A stretch of DNA of 64,000 nt from Candidatus Tayloriibacteriota bacterium (GTDB lineage Bacteria; Patescibacteriota; Minisyncoccia; Phycocordibacterales; PALSA-1337): contig JBAXUB010000006.1 of the NCBI GenBank assembly GCA_037129895.1, positions 3,580 to 67,579 of the forward strand, in the 5' to 3' direction. The notes under the pieces were generated by a model. The model had not been told where the DNA came from. It saw nothing but the letters and a program-made list of their open reading frames with translations, and did not search any database. Below, piece after piece: positions 46,501 through 54,297 of this stretch. The position numbers were made by a program, and so were the translations under genes. How positions within the stretch are numbered: position 1 is the first letter of the stretch; each line of letters begins with the position of its first letter.

Positions 46501-46975
46501 TAAGTTGAATACTCGTAGCTGCAGCTGTTCCAGTAGTCTCTGTAGATGAGAAAACTTTACCGGTAAGATTAAAACCAGTTGAAGTCGTCCCATCGTCGGT
46601 CATAATATTTGTCGTTGTTGATGAAGCTATCTGTAAATCTGCTCCAGCATTAACGGCTAGTGTTGCTGCATCTTTTGCAGAATATTTAGTCCAGTTTGAT
46701 TGATTGGATGTATGATTGGGGTATGTTCCACCATCTAGTCCGCCGGACCATGTTGCTTGTGACCATGTATATGTGGCAGCTAGAGAAGTTTGATAGTCAA
46801 AATATATACTAGATCCTACAATAGATAATAGAAGTAAGAGTGCAATACCCCTTCTACCTACGATAAAATACGCCAAGTACACACATTTTCCGAGGAAATT
46901 TAACTCGTCAGTCTTCAGGACTTTTCTTATACTGTAAAAACGTTTGCGTCGCCGACGTTGTGTAAGCATTTGCAT
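40568..46975 (-). CDS. giant cell-surface protein (2135 aa): N-terminal anchor, beta-propeller-like region, multiple FN3-like repeats
   Basis: N-terminal Arg-rich segment plus a TM/signal anchor. Kelch/propeller-like repeats (...NTWT.L...P). At least 8 FN3/purple-acid-phosphatase-N-like modules of the form (SATITWTTD.QSNSQVEWG...T..H.V.L..L...T.Y.Y.V). It is co-oriented with the ABC transporter genes and has a shared terminator. Confidence 0.7.
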   Translation of the reverse strand: MQMLTQRRRRKRFYSIRKVLKTDELNFLGKCVYLAYFIVGRRGIALLLLLSIVGSSIYFDYQTSLAATYTWSQATWSGGLDGGTYPNHTSNQSNWTKYSAKDAATLAVNAGADLQIASSTTTNIMTDDGTTSTGFNLTGKVFSSTETTGTAAATSIQLTSSISNVGTWTTLTSSPVNISMGSSLHKYNNELYVLSGGNGTTFYKFTIADNTWTALATIPTTNFLGSRSFIDITTGKIYLRAGASLLVYTISSNTWTWLADAVNSLQSNPTDVLLHVDGEDYIYESNDQMYKYQISTNVWTLLTPPTDGWIKAYGNGIRGPGENYIYRPTIGNLARYSISGNSWSNMSPVSLGKSGRMIRNGTDDTIYMLLGGDTQSLKKYSIASNTWTPLTNVPEIFPAPGGNDMYGSIMFRDGSADEIYASPGNSSTGFYRYSITGNSWTTLTSLPTGLGAGSQIEVVSDSNGTRLYILQGDTSPGFGGKAFYRFNATSRVYASSGTYTSGVIDAGKSVANWGTLSWTKTGAQTVSIKARSSNSSSMAGATAYASCSNITSGAALSTGSCVTNGHRYVQYQATLSTSDTAVTPTLNDVTITYSTYATSTTLTSSSYNTSSSANLLSGISWSQATTSSSSIKFQIRTAPDNAGVPGTWSNFIGPTGATTTYYTNLNGTEAAPAAQTDGVNDQWVQYKAYLISDGASTPTLNSATLTYVVNASPGFDPNYPTTGAGGVGAVQNSDGTITINYSIRDPDTDTGTTMPGYLRPSFYYSLDGGSSYTLISTTSTMQASSYSDKAVSTTTYRTFTATSTIINQLTGQYAANAKIKVIVDDREAANNTASSTSAAFVLDTKTPSLGALPISIDASQSPALITLSATDDTALVMKVGKTADLSDVPNYYAYANSTTTSSVISGDTIYAVFKDAKNNSSSIVSVTPPIPTASNFFQDISNPNTLEWREFYAWAVSPVPPQGFRRYNVYRSVNGGGFSLLTTITNRMLNYIVDSGLSESSTYSYKVSIEDNDGNISLFSPASTADRPDGTGGSDIALPSLSTVTIGTTTTSGAYISWITNKYANSIIYYVASTTYPGTDKSAYSASVGVPSMLTSHTVILDRLIPDTQYYFLVESQDASNNSGQSSSASYTFRTEIGPRISNVTTAEIFDTEAAITWNTSTNADSSVWYSSSTDMSNSVEIIGSGSRSTNHRIKLTNLVKGTRYYYYVKSVDADGNVATDMNVVNGTINYYTLNTSEDTSKPIISGVETALISDSDATITWTTDKQSNSQVEWGIMKDPTASTSKTTGLSTDHYVTLSNLQKNTQYFYRVLSEDKSGNVGIGDNTGEMYTFTTNGILFDNVATSSITTTGATITWNTNTVSDSTVFYEAVTSYPGTNKTNYTKSVGVSNMTTSHSVVLSNLTPGTQYYFLVTSEDSQAQINQQAAETYTFITNPGPSISQILTSDTQDTEATVTWHTNLASDSSVYYSTNSNLTSPEVVTSVATTTSHSITLTGLVKGTNYYYYVKSIDEEGNVATDKNVVDGVINYYVVNTTRDIVPPVISDVKTPIIGESSATITWTTDEQSNSQVEWGIAKDLGIRENEPDMFKTQHSMSITGLVSSTTYYFVVRSRDRSENIAIDDRAGEKYSFTTLAPTVVYVTKTEYVGGGGGGALDNRDLTVPVISNVVVDSIGGNSATISFKSSKIATGKVKYGKTTSYGSETKRTGVYGLTHQISLNNLTPLTTYHFKAYVTDIYDNVGEGVDTTFTTLANGVVSQDIPIDVDTSSMTAEETSAYNKALSASASIIKAMLFGLIKNSNLSNISESQLASSLSALASKAVASPVISGTDIQVESSANTATIRWVTDKASNSLVGYSKASDYKNDSSYSISAGFPDEKTSDHEVILQNLAPSTTYHYQVRSQSLVGTASLSSDRTFTTTSLVPDISNIKFEKILESEATLTWKTDLPTKSQIEIKDNSTGKITKVDDPSFVKEHTYTANNLNYSTGYTFTVNAIDNDGNTSNPSIIPFSTTVSTEAPKISNVRITSSIIPDRIETTQSIISWKSDKPATSRVLFAQGTSDNLDQSTPTETNLVRDHIIVTTLLKPGTIYKIVVESGDAAGNATKSEPYTVLTQKPKGSVVDLIFKNLDTTFGFMKGE
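42261..43235 (-). repeat. near-identical ~80-bp in-frame direct repeats (at ~42258-42340 and ~43149-43230; 891 bp = 297 codons) inside the FN3 giant gene
   Basis: ttattccccattcaacctgagaattggattgtt(c/t)atctgtagtccaggtgatcgt... occurs twice and corresponds to duplicated FN3-pair modules (EWGI.KD...). Confidence 0.7.
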
Positions 46976-47040
46976 TGAAGTATATCAAAAAAATATTGAG
47001 AATAATAGTTGAATAGGTCGGATAATTATCTTGTTTAGAT

Positions 47041-48168
47041 CTATATCTTAAACTCTATAACATCTCCATCCTTGACCACATATTCCCTACCCTCTGTACG
47101 GAGAAGTCCCTTTTCGCGAGATGCGGCGTATGAACCTGCGCCTAGCAGTTTGTCCCATTCGATGATCTCGGCACGTACGAATTTATCTTTGAAATCAGTG
47201 TGGATAGCAGTGCCCGCCTCTGGTGCGGTCCAGCCTTTCCTTATCGTCCATGCACGAGTCTCGTCAGTACCAGTTGTGAAGTAAGTTATGAGTCCAAGTA
47301 TGTTGTACCCCTTGATTATAAGTCCATTAACCCCGTCATCATGTGCTGGTAACTTTTCTCTAGTTACTGAACTCTCTATCATCATCTCGCGCATTTCCAT
47401 CTTTTCTAGGTCACTCAAGTCCTTGAGTTCCTGTTCTATACCTGCGTCAACGATGATGTGCTCAGCTTTTGTTTGTTTGAAAAATTCTATCAATTTCGTC
47501 CACCTCTCATCGCGTACCTCGTCCATATTCTTGGCGCCAGTTTTTTTGTTCAAAACATATAGAAAGGGCTTGGCAGTTATGAGGCAAAGTAGTTTCAAAT
47601 ATGGCATCTCGTACTCATCTGCTTCGACGGTTGACGCCATCTTCCCAGCTTCCAATGTCTGAACTAGCTTCTCGATCAACCCATGTTCAATGATCGCTTC
47701 CTTCTTGCCTGATTTGAAATCCTTACCTAGTGAAGTCTTGCGCTTCGATACTGTCTGAAGATCAGCTAGTACCAATTCTAGGTTGATAACCTCGATGTCC
47801 TTCAATGGGTCGATTTTTCCGTCTACGTGGATGACATTGTCATCTTCGAATATTCGTACTACTTCGGCTATAGCATCAGTTTCGCGGATATGTGAAAGGA
47901 ATTGATTGCCGAGACCCTCACCTTCTGAGGCGCCCTTCACAAGTCCAGCAATATCAGTGAATTGGACTGCGGCAGGCACAGTTTTTGCAGACAACGAGAA
48001 CTCTGAAAGCTTGGCGAGCCTATCATCTGGAACAGCAACAACTCCGACTGACGGATCGATGGTGCAGAAAGGATAGTTTTCGGCTGGCACTGATTTCTTT
48101 GTTAGCGCATTGAATAGCGTTGATTTGCCAACGTTTGGGAGTCCGACGATACCGATGGATAGGGACAT
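47041..48168 (-). CDS. ychF: ribosome-binding ATPase YchF (Obg-family)
   Basis: MSLSIGIVGLPNVGKSTLFNALTK (G1). 375 aa with a TGS-like C-terminus ...VVKDGDVIEFKI. Confidence 0.92.
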   Translation of the reverse strand: MSLSIGIVGLPNVGKSTLFNALTKKSVPAENYPFCTIDPSVGVVAVPDDRLAKLSEFSLSAKTVPAAVQFTDIAGLVKGASEGEGLGNQFLSHIRETDAIAEVVRIFEDDNVIHVDGKIDPLKDIEVINLELVLADLQTVSKRKTSLGKDFKSGKKEAIIEHGLIEKLVQTLEAGKMASTVEADEYEMPYLKLLCLITAKPFLYVLNKKTGAKNMDEVRDERWTKLIEFFKQTKAEHIIVDAGIEQELKDLSDLEKMEMREMMIESSVTREKLPAHDDGVNGLIIKGYNILGLITYFTTGTDETRAWTIRKGWTAPEAGTAIHTDFKDKFVRAEIIEWDKLLGAGSYAASREKGLLRTEGREYVVKDGDVIEFKI

Positions 48169-48264
48169 GAGTTAATTGTGGCTTAATTGTTACTAAAAAT
48201 CAAATATCCATTGACGAGTAGAATAAAATTTGCAAAATTCTGGACATGTGTTATAATTAAATGC

Positions 48265-49479
48265 ATGAAAATATTGTCTAACGGCTTTCCAACTAACCTG
48301 CCCAATTCTGAAGTAGTATCTCAGGGTGGTCCGGCAAATTTTGCAAAGCTTTTTTATAATAGCACATCCTTTTGTCCACAAAACAGTTGGATTGGTGTGA
48401 TGTTCAAAAAAAGTGAAATGTCTTCACCTAGGATGAAGATGGTCCATGCATTTTTTAAACGAACTTATTATCAGGTGTACCTTCCCAAGGATCAACTCAA
48501 AAGCATAACACAAGCTAATGCTAAAACTAATCCAGATAAGGTTCTCAAGAGTACCATTGATCGACTTGCTGATTTTATGAAGGAAGAAAAACCGGATATA
48601 GTGTTTTTAAATGGGTTCGGTGTTTATAACTGGATATTGCTTAAGGCTGCACAACAGGCTATTATTCCCGTAGTTGTTCAACATGCTGGCATATTAACCA
48701 AAGAACTGGATATTCACAAACATTTCTTTAGTCTTGCTGGTAAAAAGATCATAGAGGAAATGGAGAAAGATTCAACTAGACTAACAAATGCTGAGATTTT
48801 TCTTAATGATTGGAGTAAAAAATATTACTGTAAAAATGTGGAAAAACGCAAGAATGAACATTCGTACATCATTCCTCTTCCATTCGATTTTCTTTCTTTT
48901 GGACAACAACAAAACCCAGATTTTCAATCAATTTCTTCCAAACTCGATTCGAAAAAATACCACATTGGTGTGATTGCTAGATGGGATGAAATAAAAAACC
49001 ACTCCGCTATCCTTGCTCTGGCTAAAGAAATTAAAAGGTTGGAATTACCTTGGCAGATCTATGTAGTTTCAAATATTCCAAATAGCGACCCAAGAAAAAT
49101 GGAATACGAAAAATATATTTCTATCATACCACAGCTCAATCGAGTAGAGATATCAGATTTCTGTCGCGGAATGGATCTGTTGATTCAGCCGTCCGTTTTT
49201 GATGTCTCCCCCACTGTTGTTTTAGAAGCTACTTCTTCAAACACACCAATTGCCATTTCTGACAATGTGGGATATGTTGGTGATTTCTTATCAAATGGAG
49301 CTAAAGACTGGGTGATTGATTGGAGTAATGCTAGCGAGGTGGTCAAAAAGATATCAAAAATCAAAGATAAGAAAATGCCACAAGCTCTTAAAAGATATCT
49401 GACCTACCGTCATGATCATACACGGGTTATTGATGCTTATATTGATCTGTTCGCAAAACTTTCCCAGAACAAGATTTAA
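48265..49479 (+). CDS. glycosyltransferase family 4 (GT-B fold)
   Basis: N-terminus MKIL...GG, C-terminal region IQPSVFDVSPTVVLEATSSNTPIAISD (the E-x7-E / PS..E...lEA..G.P pattern). Start taken at ATG 48265; the track start at 48187 is too close to divergent ychF. Confidence 0.55.
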   Translation: MKILSNGFPTNLPNSEVVSQGGPANFAKLFYNSTSFCPQNSWIGVMFKKSEMSSPRMKMVHAFFKRTYYQVYLPKDQLKSITQANAKTNPDKVLKSTIDRLADFMKEEKPDIVFLNGFGVYNWILLKAAQQAIIPVVVQHAGILTKELDIHKHFFSLAGKKIIEEMEKDSTRLTNAEIFLNDWSKKYYCKNVEKRKNEHSYIIPLPFDFLSFGQQQNPDFQSISSKLDSKKYHIGVIARWDEIKNHSAILALAKEIKRLELPWQIYVVSNIPNSDPRKMEYEKYISIIPQLNRVEISDFCRGMDLLIQPSVFDVSPTVVLEATSSNTPIAISDNVGYVGDFLSNGAKDWVIDWSNASEVVKKISKIKDKKMPQALKRYLTYRHDHTRVIDAYIDLFAKLSQNKI

Positions 49480-49492
49480 ACACTTGTGTATA

Positions 49493-50512
49493 TTAAGCTA
49501 TAAATTCTGCTATTGTTTTTTCAATTCTTTCTTCCAATAGAGGTAAATAGTTGGAAATTTCGGTTTGAATTTTATCATAGTTATCAAAGACGAATTTTAC
49601 TTTATCTCTAATCGCAATGGGGCTGTCGATCTTACTAATAATAAGATTATTTTTTAAATATTCGCTCCAAGTATAAACTAGTGAAGTATCACTCGTTAAA
49701 CACGGAATACCGTAACACAAGCTTTCGACCACAGTCACTGGGAAACAATCTGTGAAGCTTACATACAAATTTATGTCCATGGATTGCATAATCTTTGCAT
49801 ATTCCTCATGGGGTAAAATATTATATCTTTTTATTCTGGATTCATCTAGAAAGAAATATTTGGGTAATTCATTGACATGAACAGTTGCCCTATTTAGCAT
49901 TAAACCGGCGATTGTTTGGTTTAGTAAATTACGATGCCACATATTTGATCCCCAGACACCTAAATTAGGCATATTGAGGTTTAAGTTGTGCTTGAATGAC
50001 TCAAACTTTGGTATACGGTTCATAACATGGAAGGTGCTAATTCCTTTTTCCTTAAAATACACTGCAACATCAGGTTTTATGAAACCCATCTTTTCTATGA
50101 AACCTCGTTCGTATGCTTTGAACATTTTTTCTAACCAAGAGACTTCATCTGGACGGCCGTTATACCAAGTAAACGAAGTGTGCGATAAAAAGAACACTCT
50201 AGTCTCCGGAAATTTAGTTTTGAGAGCTTCGGCCAGAATATCATAACCATTTGGGTAGCCATTTAAAATAACTTTTTGTGGTTTATCTTTCATTATTTCA
50301 TCTGCTATTCTTTCTGCTTCGAAAAATGAAGAAATTTCAGCTACTTCAAAAACTACAGGTGTTAGTGCGTATGTCGCCGATTTTATGCCGCGCCAAGACG
50401 GATGACAAACTCCTACAATGTCTGTTGTTTTGTGCTGCACATTGTTTGTTGCGTCAATATAGGCGATATTAACTTGCTTCTTCACACTAGATTTTTCGTT
50501 TGGAAACTCCAT
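49493..50512 (-). CDS. glycosyltransferase-like protein (GT-B fold, putative)
   Basis: C-terminal YVSFTDCFPVTVVESLCYGIPCLTSD resembles the GT1/GT4 donor-binding motif. Convergent with the previous GT. Confidence 0.45.
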   Translation of the reverse strand: MEFPNEKSSVKKQVNIAYIDATNNVQHKTTDIVGVCHPSWRGIKSATYALTPVVFEVAEISSFFEAERIADEIMKDKPQKVILNGYPNGYDILAEALKTKFPETRVFFLSHTSFTWYNGRPDEVSWLEKMFKAYERGFIEKMGFIKPDVAVYFKEKGISTFHVMNRIPKFESFKHNLNLNMPNLGVWGSNMWHRNLLNQTIAGLMLNRATVHVNELPKYFFLDESRIKRYNILPHEEYAKIMQSMDINLYVSFTDCFPVTVVESLCYGIPCLTSDTSLVYTWSEYLKNNLIISKIDSPIAIRDKVKFVFDNYDKIQTEISNYLPLLEERIEKTIAEFIA

Positions 50513-50542
50513 AACAGTACATTAGCATATTTGTACAAATAA

Positions 50543-50578
50543 TAAAAAAGCGCCTCCAAGTCTTAGTTGGAAGCGTTT
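50543..50578 (-). terminator. rho-independent terminator downstream of the PAS gene (minus strand)
   Basis: Minus-strand reading: CGCTTCCAActaagacTTGGAGGCGcttttttatt, a ~10-bp stem with one mismatch followed by T6. Confidence 0.55.
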
Positions 50579-50589
50579 GGAAAAATCTA

Positions 50590-51183
50590 CTATTCCGCAT
50601 CTTCTTCTGGGTACCATTTTTTGATGCACTCAGGGCACATGCCGTGACTAAACTCGAAATTCGAGTGATTTTTGATGTACACTTCGATTTGGTGCCAGCG
50701 GTCTTGCTCATCTCGAATCTTCTTGCAACCTGCGCAGATCGGAAGAAGCTCACGCAATATCCTGACCTGCTTATGTGATTGATGTAGTTCCTTCACTACT
50801 TCTAGATTTTCAGTGATATCGCGTATGAAACAGATATATCGTCTGAAATTGTTGATATGTCTAAACTGAATGCTTATCTCTACATCAATAATCCTTCCAT
50901 CTTTACGACGGTGTTTTGATTTGAATCGTTCCATGCCCAGTTCCGTAATCTTCTTGATTTGAGCGAAGATTTCGTCAGCAGTTAGTGCAGCCTCAACATC
51001 GCAAATCATCATAGATAACAACTCCTGCTCACTGAAACCAGACATCTTGCAGTAGGCCTCATTAACTAGAAGTATATGCCCATGCATATCTAGTAGCCAG
51101 AAACCATCCATGGATGATTCGATAATAGTTTGGTAGATCACCAACTGCTCTTCAATCGAAGTGCTTTTCATTGCTTCATTCAT
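50590..51183 (-). CDS. PAS domain protein with C-terminal Cys4 zinc-ribbon
   Basis: PAS core (IIESSMDGFWLLDMHGHILLVNEAYCKMSGF...), C-terminal CAGCKK...CPEC. Confidence 0.6.
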   Translation of the reverse strand: MNEAMKSTSIEEQLVIYQTIIESSMDGFWLLDMHGHILLVNEAYCKMSGFSEQELLSMMICDVEAALTADEIFAQIKKITELGMERFKSKHRRKDGRIIDVEISIQFRHINNFRRYICFIRDITENLEVVKELHQSHKQVRILRELLPICAGCKKIRDEQDRWHQIEVYIKNHSNFEFSHGMCPECIKKWYPEEDAE

Positions 51184-51371
51184 TATTCAGTCTTTCTATT
51201 TGTTTTGCTTTGCGTATTGTCAAAGTTGTACACTGATCCAAGTTCAGGACATAGTTTAGCACAGAATTCGGTAGTTGTCCATATCCACAACTGCTCTAGT
51301 AATAGCAGTCAATAAAAAAAGCGCAATGCACGGGCATCACGCTTTTGTGTTTTGTTCAGATACTGATAGTA

Positions 51372-52517
51372 CTAATCGAATGTGATTCTCGTATTGGGTG
51401 CAGACTCACGTTGGAGAGAACGTTCATGTCTCTTGAATAGCCAACTCTTTCCACTTGTTGAGTAGAACGGCATGACTGAATTGGTACGGATGACATTGCT
51501 ATTATCCGTCCAAACGACTTGGTCACAATCACTGTTGCCGTCTGCAACGTACATACTACGAAGTGTGCACGTGGATTTGGCTGTTGAATAGCCAACGGTG
51601 ATCTTGGCCGTGGCACTAGTACGAGAAATCGTGTTCGGGTCTAGTATAGCCGTACCACCATCTCGGTAAGTGATATTCAGTGTTTTGGTAGCCGTTCGAA
51701 AGTCTGCTATGGATATGTCGGCGTGAGGACGATTCTCGATTTCAGCAGGACCGATGAGAACCGAATTACCAAAACATATACTCTCAAAGTTAACTGGCGG
51801 AAATGGAATCCATCGCAAGTAGCCGTCAGTATATATGACACCGTAGATCGGGAATTTCGTCGTGCCTGGTATGTTACCCCCAAATTCGATGAATGTGATA
51901 TTCGTCTGAATCGTGATGCCGTCTTTCTTGAAGGTCATGCCTAGCGGTCTCCAAAACTCTTCTAGTCTAGTTATGATGACGTAGATCGTACCAACATCAT
52001 AAACATTTTGTTTCAAGAATGGGCCTTGATAGACATCCAAGATCGGTGCGAAATTCGGACAACCAGTCCAGTTTTCATTGCAAACATTGTTGTTCACAAC
52101 GTAATCAGTTGGATGTGTCGAGGTGATGTATATATGTGCCGCATTTGTCCTGAAGACAATATTTAGATTGTCATGTTCAGGACAGTTGTCTGGGATAGAG
52201 TTGTTCATGGTGACCCAATTGGTCGGGTACATGGCAGCTCGAATGTATTCCATGTTGCCGTCTGTTCCTTCATTCCAGTATTGATGGGCATTGGCATTGT
52301 TCGTGTGGTAGAAATACGATCGTACAGGAGACCAGTTCAGGAAGTCCTGCGATGATTCGAATCTGTAATACACGTTAGTCTGGCCGTTGATCTGGATCTG
52401 GTGATCGTACCGGTCATTGTTAATTTTCAGTGTCGGCCGCGATGTGGCGGCAGTCACAGAAACATTGAATACGAGGCTAATCAAAGCCATGAATACGATA
52501 TTTTTGCTATTTTTCAT
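51372..52517 (-). CDS. secreted hypothetical protein
   Basis: Signal peptide (MKNSKNIVFMALISLVFNVSVTAAT). 381 aa, Cys-containing, beta-rich. No recognised family. Confidence 0.45.
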   Translation of the reverse strand: MKNSKNIVFMALISLVFNVSVTAATSRPTLKINNDRYDHQIQINGQTNVYYRFESSQDFLNWSPVRSYFYHTNNANAHQYWNEGTDGNMEYIRAAMYPTNWVTMNNSIPDNCPEHDNLNIVFRTNAAHIYITSTHPTDYVVNNNVCNENWTGCPNFAPILDVYQGPFLKQNVYDVGTIYVIITRLEEFWRPLGMTFKKDGITIQTNITFIEFGGNIPGTTKFPIYGVIYTDGYLRWIPFPPVNFESICFGNSVLIGPAEIENRPHADISIADFRTATKTLNITYRDGGTAILDPNTISRTSATAKITVGYSTAKSTCTLRSMYVADGNSDCDQVVWTDNSNVIRTNSVMPFYSTSGKSWLFKRHERSLQRESAPNTRITFD

Positions 52518-52685
52518 TTAGTATCCTTTTTGTTAAAGGTCAGTTTAAGCAAATACTACTCCTGAATAGCAATTTAGCAAGTATGAAAATGATGACTTAT
52601 CGATATATAGCTTCCGAAAATATTCAATGACAATCGATGTATATAGTGATACAGTGTAATAAATTGGTCATTTAGTTATTGAATT

Positions 52686-52985
52686 ATGAATATACTGTTT
52701 ATTCTGTTTCTGGTCGTAGGTGTATCCATCCTTGTCGTAGCTCTAGTCCATGAATTGTCGACACTAGGTGAATCGAGAATGGAGACATGGAGGTTGGTTG
52801 GTCTCGGTCTTTCCATCACATTGTTTGCGTTCACGATGTTCTATGATGTGGTTAGGGAGATCACATCGTGTGTCCTTCTGACAGCATTTGGCTACTACGT
52901 CGTTGTAAAAGTCGTCGATTTGGCGGAGCCAGGACTAAAGACATTTGTTTGTGATCTCATGAGAAAAGCAGCGAGAGACGAATGA
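52686..52985 (+). CDS. small membrane protein (2 TM)
   Basis: 99 aa with two hydrophobic helices. It is followed by a hairpin (tAGCCAGtctctcgtaggCTGGCTatttt) at ~53040-53066. Confidence 0.4.
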   Translation: MNILFILFLVVGVSILVVALVHELSTLGESRMETWRLVGLGLSITLFAFTMFYDVVREITSCVLLTAFGYYVVVKVVDLAEPGLKTFVCDLMRKAARDE

Positions 52986-53068
52986 GGTCGCTCACCGACA
53001 TCAGTCTATTCCGTATCACTTCATCATCCCCTGTCGCCCTTAGCCAGTCTCTCGTAGGCTGGCTATTT

Positions 53069-53099
53069 TGTAGATGTAGAGGTCTGACCTCTACAGATC
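53069..53099. repeat. REP copy overlapping the stop codon of the cohesin-like gene
   Basis: tgtagatGTAGAGGTCTGACCTCTACagatc. The TGA stop of the 53098-54297 gene lies at its 3' edge. Confidence 0.8.
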
Positions 53100-54297
53100 A
53101 GATCTTCTTTATATCATTGATTCCCTTCTCGATCTTCTTCTCGATAGACGTGAGCTCTGCATCGAGATCTTTCTTTGTACCCTCTTCTCGCTTCTTTGCA
53201 CCAGATATTGATCCTGACTTTATCAGATATTTCACGTAGCTATTCAAACCGGTCTTCAAAGTATCAAAGCCCTTATGTAATGTCTCTTTGGCCTCTTTCA
53301 CTTCTTTGAACTTCTTGTGTCGTAAACGTAGGTACATAGACAAGATGATGAATAGAGCGATGATTAGTAGGATCGATAAAATCGTCAGTAGTAGAACTAT
53401 TACCTTCAATGATATAGACGTTCCGCCAATATTCAGAGTCGATCCATTGACTACTTCTACATATGATATCTGTGATGACGGACCCATAGTACCGTTAGGC
53501 AAGATATTGATTGCCCATATCTTGTAATAACCGGAGCGTACAGAATATTTGAATGTGTAAGCGAAACTTCCATCAGGATTAACAGTTATCTGTGTAATGT
53601 CTGGATTGTATTTACCTTTTTGAATATAAACTTGCATCGATACATTCGGCATACTATTACCAGTAAATGATAACGTGTCACCTTCATTCAATGTATCCGG
53701 AATATTCGACAATATAGGTGCTGTAGGAATCAGGTTTGCCGATGAGGCTAGTTTCGTAGTTGTAGCCAGGGCGTCCGTCGCGGGTACGATTTCCTCTACT
53801 GGCACTGATGCCGCTTCTCCGATATTTACTGATAAAGCCTTTGATACAGATAACACATCAGTACCTAGTCCATCATTTGCAAGAACTGAACCATTTTGCA
53901 GGGTGACCATCGTCTGACCTGGTTTCTTGGCTCTGAATGTGACACTCACGATAGCTCCGTTAGCACCGTTCCAACCTGGTGAAGGTCGTCCTCCAGAAAG
54001 GTGCAGGTTACCTGATGAGTTCGAATACTTCGGCTCCTCAGCCCAGATGGAAAATATTGATTGAGAATATCCAACACTTTGAATAGATAATAGACTCGTG
54101 TCGTACTTCATATCTAGAGAAGCGGCATTGACCGCCATGCTCTCTGAGTCTAGGTCGATCGTAACTGTGAATGTTTGGCCAGCTCGTACTGACTCACTCT
54201 CTGGCACCATATATAGTATCGCGGCATTCGTAAAACATGGGAATGCGAAAATAGATATTGCAGTAACTATCGGGAATAGAAAATAGTTCTTTTTCAT
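53098..54297 (-). CDS. membrane-anchored cohesin-like surface protein 1
   Basis: Signal peptide; a ~130-aa domain (GQTFTVTIDLDSESMAVNAASLDMKYDTSLLSIQSV...FSIW...LHLSGGRP.G...GAIVSVTF) fitting the cohesin beta-sandwich pattern; an Ig-like segment; a TM helix; and an ~80-aa basic coiled-coil cytoplasmic tail. Confidence 0.55.
   Translation of the reverse strand: MKKNYFLFPIVTAISIFAFPCFTNAAILYMVPESESVRAGQTFTVTIDLDSESMAVNAASLDMKYDTSLLSIQSVGYSQSIFSIWAEEPKYSNSSGNLHLSGGRPSPGWNGANGAIVSVTFRAKKPGQTMVTLQNGSVLANDGLGTDVLSVSKALSVNIGEAASVPVEEIVPATDALATTTKLASSANLIPTAPILSNIPDTLNEGDTLSFTGNSMPNVSMQVYIQKGKYNPDITQITVNPDGSFAYTFKYSVRSGYYKIWAINILPNGTMGPSSQISYVEVVNGSTLNIGGTSISLKVIVLLLTILSILLIIALFIILSMYLRLRHKKFKEVKEAKETLHKGFDTLKTGLNSYVKYLIKSGSISGAKKREEGTKKDLDAELTSIEKKIEKGINDIKKI

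Noticed and set aside
51316-51355. Possible terminator hairpin aaaaaaagcgcaatgcacgggcatcacgcttttg.
   Set aside because: The stem is short and imperfect with no clean U-tract, so it is not reported as a feature.
4183-53099. Possibility that the recurring palindromes form a CRISPR array.
   Set aside because: The copies are dispersed over 50 kb without regular spacing or unique spacers. They are imperfect palindromes flanking a Y1 transposase, which is REP/BIME behaviour and not CRISPR.
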